DNA of 64,000 bases from IMG/VR virus record IMGVR_UViG_3300029468_000001, one strand, 5' to 3'. A program made the position numbers and the translations under genes. Under the pieces are notes generated by a model. The model was not told the DNA's origin and did no database searches. It saw only the letters and a list, made by a program, of their open reading frames with translations. This stretch comes from a virus. Its lineage: Duplodnaviria; Heunggongvirae; Uroviricota; Caudoviricetes. This document shows positions 57,720 to 64,000 of the stretch, piece after piece; position 1 is the stretch's first letter; each line of letters begins with the position of its first letter.

Positions 57720-58499
57720 TTATTTCAATTGCAATAATAATTTTACATGAGTATTGTCGTGAATATCGACATCGAAATCTTGTTTGATTCTATTAGATGT
57801 GAATGGTAAGATGTAATCTTCAAAATATATAATCTCGTATTTATATGTAGGGATTTTACTAAGTAATTGCTCAAGTGTAATTGGAAAATAATTTTCTCTC
57901 ACTTCTCTATCCCAATTTTCTATATATCTATATTTCATAAGATAATGAATCAAATTCCTGTTATCTCGTAAACTTCCCCATATTGATTCATAATCAATGA
58001 TCTGCTTCTCATCTGCATTTTGAATCACTTTGGTATAATCATTAATATCACTATTTCTATTTACTGATCTACTTACACAAAAATCTCTGATAGCTATGTA
58101 TCCATAATCATATCCAAAAACATTATTCCAAAACTTATCAATTCCATTAATATTTGAATAAGAATATACTTCATGAATCACGCTTGATAAATTTAATAAT
58201 GTTTTATTTGGGTTATTTTCTTTCAAAGATTCTTTTAAATTACTTACATATTGAATGTTTTCTAGTTCATGAGGTGTCCTTGTTCCCGCAAGAGAAATCA
58301 TAGCCTTGCTATTATCATATCCTAAGTAGTGTAAATCTGGCATTTCACTATTCATTTCTCTAATTAACGTACCATCAGCACATCCAAAATCAACCACTGT
58401 ATCAATCTCTTCTATTTTACTCATCCAAAATAGCTTATCTGCACTTGATTTCTTCATTCCTGATATATATGAATCATAATTCTTAATGATTTCTTCCAC
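57720..58499 (-). CDS. class I SAM-dependent methyltransferase
   Basis: motif I VVDFGCADGTL. Confidence 0.6.
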   Translation of the reverse strand: MEEIIKNYDSYISGMKKSSADKLFWMSKIEEIDTVVDFGCADGTLIREMNSEMPDLHYLGYDNSKAMISLAGTRTPHELENIQYVSNLKESLKENNPNKTLLNLSSVIHEVYSYSNINGIDKFWNNVFGYDYGYIAIRDFCVSRSVNRNSDINDYTKVIQNADEKQIIDYESIWGSLRDNRNLIHYLMKYRYIENWDREVRENYFPITLEQLLSKIPTYKYEIIYFEDYILPFTSNRIKQDFDVDIHDNTHVKLLLQLK

Positions 58500-58726
58500 T
58501 ATTTACACCTCTTTTCTTCTGCTAATTTAAGCCATCTAAGAAGTTTTTCTTCCTCTCGCAACATTTCAGAATACATTTTGATAATCTGATCCTGCTCTTT
58601 ATAAAACTGCCTTACATACCGTGGAAAATCATACCCAAATAGCCACATAATAATCTTTCTCTTAATCCACTTCACTCTTATATTCCTCATCAAATGCATA
58701 ATCGCTACACGTCCAGGGTTCCCCAT
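58499..58726 (-). CDS. hypothetical protein
   Basis: 75-aa ORF. Confidence 0.4.
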   Translation of the reverse strand: MGNPGRVAIMHLMRNIRVKWIKRKIIMWLFGYDFPRYVRQFYKEQDQIIKMYSEMLREEEKLLRWLKLAEEKRCK

Positions 58727-58888
58727 TATATGTAAAAGTATACATCCCAGTAAATCTTAGATGTGATTTTACGTCAACTACTGCACCTTGAACTTGTTTT
58801 GCTACACCTATTCTATCGCCTTGTTTGATATGTTTAATCATTCCAGTTCAATATCCTTTCCATCAAAATCGGATAACTCAATAACCCA

Positions 58889-59203
58889 TTATCCATTATA
58901 ATTTTCTCCATAGATTGCAATTTCTGGTTTGCCATTTTCATCTAATACATAATATGGTGCGATTCCACTAAAATTTTTTAAGCCTTGCAATACATATACA
59001 ATTTTGGTGGTTTTATCATATACAAAATATTGAATAAATTTAAAACCATTACTTGATACAATGTTCTTTTTATTAATTTCTATAAATTGTCCATAAGAAC
59101 TAACCTTTTCTCCGTTGTCATTTATCACTTCGTCACCACATCCTGTAAATGAAAATGCTAATCCAGATACAAGTAATCCAATCAATAATCTTTTAACTCT
59201 CAT
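58889..59203 (-). CDS. putative lipoprotein
   Basis: signal peptide and lipobox FSFTGC. Confidence 0.5.
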   Translation of the reverse strand: MRVKRLLIGLLVSGLAFSFTGCGDEVINDNGEKVSSYGQFIEINKKNIVSSNGFKFIQYFVYDKTTKIVYVLQGLKNFSGIAPYYVLDENGKPEIAIYGENYNG

Positions 59204-59442
59204 TTAGTTACCATCCTTCTTCTCACTTCTCTTAACAGATCATCTGTGCTAATCTGTTCAATTATTTCTTCTGGCATTGAGACTTCAACCTTATATGTAA
59301 CTTCTCCATTATTATCAGCAAATATTTCAATCATATATGCTTTTCTTTCTGATGGTACTGGTTCAATAGTCAATGTACCATTCTTTTCACAATGTAGTTT
59401 CAATATTGTTTCATATCTGTCGTTTCTAACTATTATATTCAT
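59200..59442 (-). CDS. hypothetical protein
   Basis: 80-aa ORF. Confidence 0.45.
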   Translation of the reverse strand: MNIIVRNDRYETILKLHCEKNGTLTIEPVPSERKAYMIEIFADNNGEVTYKVEVSMPEEIIEQISTDDLLREVRRRMVTK

Positions 59443-59753
59443 GTATTTTCCCTTGTTTTTAATAATTCATGTTTCTCGTGAATGTCATTTAAAAATTCAT
59501 TAAATATTAAATCAACTGCGCATCCAAAACCTTCACAAAAATCATTATTAATTTCTTCTGTAAAATATTCATCATATTCATTTTTCAACATGTATTCTTT
59601 AATGAGTTTCTTTGATTGTTTTGGTTTGCCATAAACATATTTCGGTATGTGATTCATAATATTCAAAATATAATTATGAATGTAATCTAATTTATAAAAT
59701 TCATTTTCAAATTCCTGGCTTATTGTATCTCGCTTCCTTTCTTTGAAATTCAA
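59439..59753 (-). CDS. hypothetical protein
   Basis: 104-aa ORF. Confidence 0.45.
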   Translation of the reverse strand: MNFKERKRDTISQEFENEFYKLDYIHNYILNIMNHIPKYVYGKPKQSKKLIKEYMLKNEYDEYFTEEINNDFCEGFGCAVDLIFNEFLNDIHEKHELLKTRENT

Positions 59754-59760
59754 GTTTCAG

Positions 59761-60174
59761 CTACTCTAATCCAAGCATTCTTTCAAAATACATTGAAGCT
59801 CTACCACCCAAACCTTCATATTTTATTCCAATACATCCAATTAATGCAGAATCTAAAGATGAATAAGTACAATTTGTATCTTCATAATTAACATATCCAT
59901 GCCAAAATATCTCATGTGTGTTTTTATCTTCATACTCTATAATCTGATATTCTCCAATACAATGTATGTTAATTATATATCCCCATACAAATTCTTCTTT
60001 AATTAATCTTATCTTTTCTTCATTCGTTGCTTCTCTTACGCTATTATCAAAAATCGTATCTAAATCACTAATATAATATCGTCCATAACCCATAGGCTTA
60101 AATCTAAAACCATTTACATCTTTTATAACTTTTCCAATTTTCCCGTTATATACTACAATATCTCCAATTTTCAT
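59761..60174 (-). CDS. hypothetical protein
   Basis: 137-aa ORF. Confidence 0.5.
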   Translation of the reverse strand: MKIGDIVVYNGKIGKVIKDVNGFRFKPMGYGRYYISDLDTIFDNSVREATNEEKIRLIKEEFVWGYIINIHCIGEYQIIEYEDKNTHEIFWHGYVNYEDTNCTYSSLDSALIGCIGIKYEGLGGRASMYFERMLGLE

Positions 60175-60208
60175 ATTATGTACCTCATTTTGAAACCACG
60201 CTTTTATA

Positions 60209-60433
60209 TTATTCTTTCAGTTTAACAATATTAATAATCCTTATATTTGCACGAAGACCATTGTGAAATTCTGCAATGCTTTTTATAATAGTATCAATAA
60301 AATCTTCTGTGTATTTTTTTCCAACATCATTTGCTTCAACGATAATATTTTCGATATAATCCTTTTCTTTACAATTAGTTTCTTTATTCGCAATGTCTGC
60401 TACATATACTACAAAATATTTTCTGTTCTTCAT
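60209..60433 (-). CDS. hypothetical protein
   Basis: 74-aa ORF. Confidence 0.4.
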   Translation of the reverse strand: MKNRKYFVVYVADIANKETNCKEKDYIENIIVEANDVGKKYTEDFIDTIIKSIAEFHNGLRANIRIINIVKLKE

Positions 60434-60436
60434 ATA

Positions 60437-60628
60437 TTAACTAACCTCCTCGAATATATTCCCAATCTGATGACCAATCATCTTCCTGTCCTTTATCTTC
60501 TTACATTTTGTGCATCGGCATTTACCAATTACAACTTCCAATCCACTGTAATCATATTTCAAATGTCTGGGCTTCTCTAGTAGTACCCAATTGTGATCAC
60601 ACATTATTTGTTCCATCCTTAATATCAT
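60437..60628 (-). CDS. small zinc-ribbon protein
   Basis: CDHNW...CRCTKC. Confidence 0.4.
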   Translation of the reverse strand: MILRMEQIMCDHNWVLLEKPRHLKYDYSGLEVVIGKCRCTKCKKIKDRKMIGHQIGNIFEEVS

Positions 60629-61190
60629 ATTTTAGTAATTCTCCATTTCTATAAATCTTCTGTGAGCATACTTTTTTAATACATAAATTGGTATCAAAAT
60701 TAGATTTTAATTCCACTTTAGTTACAACAACAGGTGCAACTCCAAATCTTGTGCCGCAATAAATCACATCACCTTTCTGTAACATAAGACTCATATAACC
60801 CCATGTTTGTGGTAATCTCCAAACAAATTCTTTATCATCTTTACTGTTAGGATGTTTCCCGTATACATAAGCAGTTGGTTTTTCCTTGTATGTAACAACG
60901 TGTTTAGATGGAATCAATCGTCCACACTTTTTACGTTGCTTATCAGTATAAGTATTTTTTCTTAATGTGATGCGTCTTGAATCTCCAAATTTTTCACCAT
61001 TATTTTTAAGTACTAAATACATTATGTAGCCATCCACTAAAACATTATTTTCATCTACGATTATGTACCTATCCTGGTTTCCTGTTTTGTTATAGTAATT
61101 CTCACACTTTAAATATTTCGATGTGTTTGGTTTACTACTTTCAAAATCTGTAGGAATTTTAATTTCTGAAAGTTTCATTTTCATATGCAC
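60597..61190 (-). CDS. hypothetical protein with possible ParB/Srx-like N-terminal region (tentative)
   Basis: RYIIVDENNVLVDGYIMYLVLKNNG is reminiscent of the ParB-type xxVDGxxR segment; weak. Confidence 0.45.
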   Translation of the reverse strand: MHMKMKLSEIKIPTDFESSKPNTSKYLKCENYYNKTGNQDRYIIVDENNVLVDGYIMYLVLKNNGEKFGDSRRITLRKNTYTDKQRKKCGRLIPSKHVVTYKEKPTAYVYGKHPNSKDDKEFVWRLPQTWGYMSLMLQKGDVIYCGTRFGVAPVVVTKVELKSNFDTNLCIKKVCSQKIYRNGELLKYDIKDGTNNV

Positions 61191-61199
61191 TCTCCCTTC

Positions 61200-61643
61200 T
61201 TAATCTATTTTCTCCTCAAAATTAATAAATCCTTCTTCTGCGCAAATAGAATCATGTGCTTTCCAGTAATGCATGTCATAAAACTTACATTGATTTCCAT
61301 CTTTGTATTTGCATTTATGACACGATCTTAATTTAATACCAGGAGTATCATTTACAGTTGATAAAGCAATATCTTTAAATCTTGTAATTGCTTCTGTAGC
61401 GCATTCTAACATTGCATCTGAATACATTTTTTCAATTTTCTTACCTACTTTCTTAAAAGCGGCATTAATTGTGTCTTCATAATCACCTGGATAAAATAAA
61501 TATCTATCATATACTTCCATATCATTTTCGATTCTTTCAACAAGCAAATCACCAATTCGTTTCTTAATATCTTCTACATTATCTTTTCCAAGAAGATTAT
61601 CTAAAGCAGAAAGATTTTCTTCTGTTCTTTTTACTACGCTCAT
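61200..61643 (-). CDS. hypothetical protein
   Basis: 147-aa ORF. Confidence 0.5.
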   Translation of the reverse strand: MSVVKRTEENLSALDNLLGKDNVEDIKKRIGDLLVERIENDMEVYDRYLFYPGDYEDTINAAFKKVGKKIEKMYSDAMLECATEAITRFKDIALSTVNDTPGIKLRSCHKCKYKDGNQCKFYDMHYWKAHDSICAEEGFINFEEKID

Positions 61644-63937
61644 ACTACTGCCCCTTTATTAAATCTAATCAAATCATTTCTCATATTTAGGTAGTTCTTT
61701 TTCTGATCAACATCATATGTATTATTTCTATTGAAATAATCCTTAAACCAATCATCACAATCTACATCGTTCTGATAGGCATATGCAATAATTCCAATGA
61801 TAGAATCATGGTTAGCAGCATCGAGAAGTTTTGATGAATTGTCAACGTCTAAAGTAATCGTATCTAAATATTCTTCATAGTCCTGCACATCAAGTTCTGA
61901 AACTGCCTCATCAACACAATTCTGTACAAACTTTAATGCAGATTTCATATCAGTATGAATTGTATTATCAATTACTTCTCCGCTAACGTGTTCAATTTCC
62001 ACGTTTCCAATTGCTGAATACTCTGTTACTTCTGCAATAACAGGTTTCTCAGGTGATTCTTCGACCGTTTCTGTGTCGAATAAGTCATTTCCAACTGTTT
62101 CTGGTTCTGATTCTTCTGTGATTTCCTCAACAGAATCTTCAATATGTAAGTATTCTTTCATCAGAGTAAGCAAATGATTGAATCTTTTTGTTACGGAAGA
62201 ACGATCCTTTGTCCCTTTCTGACCATTTAAACAATCGTATGTAATACCATCAATTTCTTTATTATGTAATGTCTCTTTAAATTCCTGAATAAATTCATTA
62301 AATTTATCATCTTCAACATCGTATTCTAAGAATTTATCAAATAAAGCAAACCATAAAAATGAATTTTTGTTATTAAAAATATCTGATGTATCACCTCTTA
62401 ACACATTAGATAATTTCTCCAATGTCAAATAAAAATCAATAAATACTGATTCATTTGCATTTTCAGTTAAGTAAGCACACATTTTACCAAAGTCTTTATC
62501 AAAATGGCTAAGATATTTAGATGTCATTATTGCTTCAATAATAATTCTTCTAAGTGATCCATTCTTGATATTCGTATTTGAATAACTTGACTTATCACAA
62601 TCAACCTTAAAGAAGTTCATCTTTAAAATCTTATCTACATATTCAGCATAGGATTCTTCCAATCCTAGCCATCCTGATTGAGAAACATTCATTGGTCTAC
62701 ATCTATTAAATCGTGCAATATCATAAGCAATATCTTTCTTTGTACAATTCAAATTCAACAATACTGGCACTTGATAATCTTTAAATTTATCCTGTAATTC
62801 TTCTGGCAATTGAGAAAATTTCTTTCCACGAATATCAAACGTTTTACTTTCTGGTATTGGAAACCCATCTTCATTCAAAATTACATTACCATCTTCATCT
62901 ATTTTGTCACTCTGATATTCAATCATATATCTTTGCACATTTTTTGAAATAGCAAATCCATCTTCCAGATAATCTTTTAAATTTGTAGAACGCTGTTTAC
63001 CATCAATTAACCAGTGCATTATAATTCCAGCTTTGATTTCTTCTGAAATTACAATCTGTAAAAGTGAATTACCTTGTAAAATATCAGAAATTAATTCACT
63101 TTTTGTAAGTAAACTCCATTGTCCAGAAGTTCTTTGTAATGGATGATTATCTCTTAATCTGTGCTGTCTAAGCTGCTTGCTAAGAGATTCTATTGAATAA
63201 CTGGTAGACTTCGTTCTTTCTGATGTTGTTGTTTTTGTTTCCATTGGTAATTCCTCCTCAATATTTGCATTCTCACATTCTTCCATTTTTAGAAGTTGTC
63301 TTTTTTCATACTCTTTCATGTCGGAAAGATATGTATTATATTCTTTGTCTGAAAGCTTTAATATACTTTTAATTTCCGTAGAATTACATCCTTGCATTAT
63401 TAAATCTGCAATTTTGCGTTCTATACACCCAAGAGAAGCAATATATTTGACTACATTTTCTCCAAGATTTAATGGCTCTCCTACATCAATACTGCTTTCT
63501 ATATCAAAATCAGAAGGAATTATATCAATCATTTTTGTTTGTCCATCGTCAGACATGAGATTATCTAATGATGTTGGATAAATATATTCCTTAATTTCCT
63601 TTCCATCTTCCATTTTTGTTACAATTTTGCAACGCTTTTGTCTGTTTTTCCTTGTAATATGCATCTTAACTTTTCTGGAAATTGCAAAATATATAAATCC
63701 ATTGAATTTATCTTCATCAAAATCTTCAATTCCTTTATCTAATTGACTTTTGATGTATTTTGTAATCTCTAAATTTGCTATAGAATAACATTCATCCCTG
63801 TCAATATCGGTGATACCACCAAACTGTTTTAGAATTTTATCTACAACATTATGTAATTTCTTTGCTGATTCTTCTGGCTTATTCTCATTGACTTTGTAAT
63901 AAGATTCCAAAATCTGTGTGTAGTGCATTTGTATCAC
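61640..63937 (-). CDS. large protein with sigma-70-like N-terminal region (r2/r4-like) fused to a DUF262/ParB-like (DGxQR) domain and an acidic C-terminal region
   Basis: FNGFIYFAISRKV (r2-like) and IERKIADLIMQGCNSTEIKSILKLSDKEYNTYL (r4 HTH-like); DUF262-like LQRTSGQWSLL...WLIDGKQRSTNL. Confidence 0.6.
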   Translation of the reverse strand: MIQMHYTQILESYYKVNENKPEESAKKLHNVVDKILKQFGGITDIDRDECYSIANLEITKYIKSQLDKGIEDFDEDKFNGFIYFAISRKVKMHITRKNRQKRCKIVTKMEDGKEIKEYIYPTSLDNLMSDDGQTKMIDIIPSDFDIESSIDVGEPLNLGENVVKYIASLGCIERKIADLIMQGCNSTEIKSILKLSDKEYNTYLSDMKEYEKRQLLKMEECENANIEEELPMETKTTTSERTKSTSYSIESLSKQLRQHRLRDNHPLQRTSGQWSLLTKSELISDILQGNSLLQIVISEEIKAGIIMHWLIDGKQRSTNLKDYLEDGFAISKNVQRYMIEYQSDKIDEDGNVILNEDGFPIPESKTFDIRGKKFSQLPEELQDKFKDYQVPVLLNLNCTKKDIAYDIARFNRCRPMNVSQSGWLGLEESYAEYVDKILKMNFFKVDCDKSSYSNTNIKNGSLRRIIIEAIMTSKYLSHFDKDFGKMCAYLTENANESVFIDFYLTLEKLSNVLRGDTSDIFNNKNSFLWFALFDKFLEYDVEDDKFNEFIQEFKETLHNKEIDGITYDCLNGQKGTKDRSSVTKRFNHLLTLMKEYLHIEDSVEEITEESEPETVGNDLFDTETVEESPEKPVIAEVTEYSAIGNVEIEHVSGEVIDNTIHTDMKSALKFVQNCVDEAVSELDVQDYEEYLDTITLDVDNSSKLLDAANHDSIIGIIAYAYQNDVDCDDWFKDYFNRNNTYDVDQKKNYLNMRNDLIRFNKGAVV

Positions 63938-64000
63938 CGATTCCTTTCTGTTGATAGTTACTATGTAAAATTTATTTCTTCTCTCTGGTTATACCTTTCG

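Noticed and set aside
1343-63581. All plus-strand ORFs in the six-frame track (for example 1343-1549, 2930-3139, 19149-19619, 26038-26400, 27615-27827, 31556-31817, 54547-54834, 56208-56618)
   Set aside because: Each lies within or substantially overlaps a stronger minus-strand gene with recognisable domains, or lies in a repeat-rich gap. Their translations are low-complexity and Phe/Leu/Ile-rich, as expected from antisense reading of AT-rich coding DNA. None has a convincing RBS.
1-64000. tRNA or rRNA genes and CRISPR arrays
   Set aside because: I scanned the larger intergenic regions (4612-5001, 27500-27937, 31316-31516, 38242-38421, 40318-40533) for tRNA-like GC stems or a GTTCGAATC-type T-arm and found none. 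No regularly spaced direct repeats with unique spacers were seen anywhere.

Overview
This window reads as a contiguous block of a large, very AT-rich virulent dsDNA phage genome. Every credible gene is on the minus strand and the genes are tightly packed, often with ATGA/TAATG overlaps. The organisation resembles the replication module of crAss-like or other AT-rich Caudoviricetes phages, but no database search was run, so this is inference from the sequence only. GC content was judged by eye, not computed.

The recognisable content is a DNA-replication and nucleotide-metabolism module:
- Nucleotide supply: anaerobic ribonucleotide reductase NrdD with its activase NrdG, a HAD-family 5'-nucleotidase, a guanylate-kinase-like dNMP kinase and a thymidylate-synthase-family enzyme with altered active-site residues.
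- Replication: NAD-dependent DNA ligase, family-B DNA polymerase, RecD/Dda-like SF1 helicase, DnaG-type primase and DnaB-like helicase.
- Recombination: RecJ-like DHH phosphoesterase, Sak4-like ATPase with a Gp157-family partner, and a putative SSB.
- A free-standing HNH-AP2 homing endonuclease sits beside nrdG.

Downstream is a long run of small hypothetical proteins, consistent with an early or accessory region. Within it the better-supported calls are:
- an SPFH/band-7 protein with an overlapping small membrane partner;
- a PAPS-reductase/PP-loop protein;
- three DNA/SAM methyltransferases (Dam-like, SPPY-motif, class-I SAM);
- a Pol-beta-type nucleotidyltransferase;
- a radical-SAM enzyme preceded by two ORFs with a conserved N-terminus;
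- a short PurA/PurZ-family adenylosuccinate-synthetase homolog next to a vWA protein;
- a large protein combining a sigma-70-like N-terminus with a DUF262/ParB-like (DGxQR) domain.

No rRNA, tRNA or CRISPR array was recognised. Several GC-rich hairpins stand out in the AT-rich intergenic DNA. Their U-tracts lie on the plus strand, which suggests antisense or sRNA transcription units or protective terminators. A 438-bp noncoding region with TTGATTTT repeats may be an origin or promoter hub.

The most interesting candidates, in order, are: (i) a possible thymidine-replacement or hypermodification pathway (TS-like enzyme, kinase and nucleotidase); (ii) a possible PurZ-like purine-modification enzyme; (iii) the sigma-like/DUF262 fusion; (iv) the radical-SAM cluster with paralogous leader-like N-termini.
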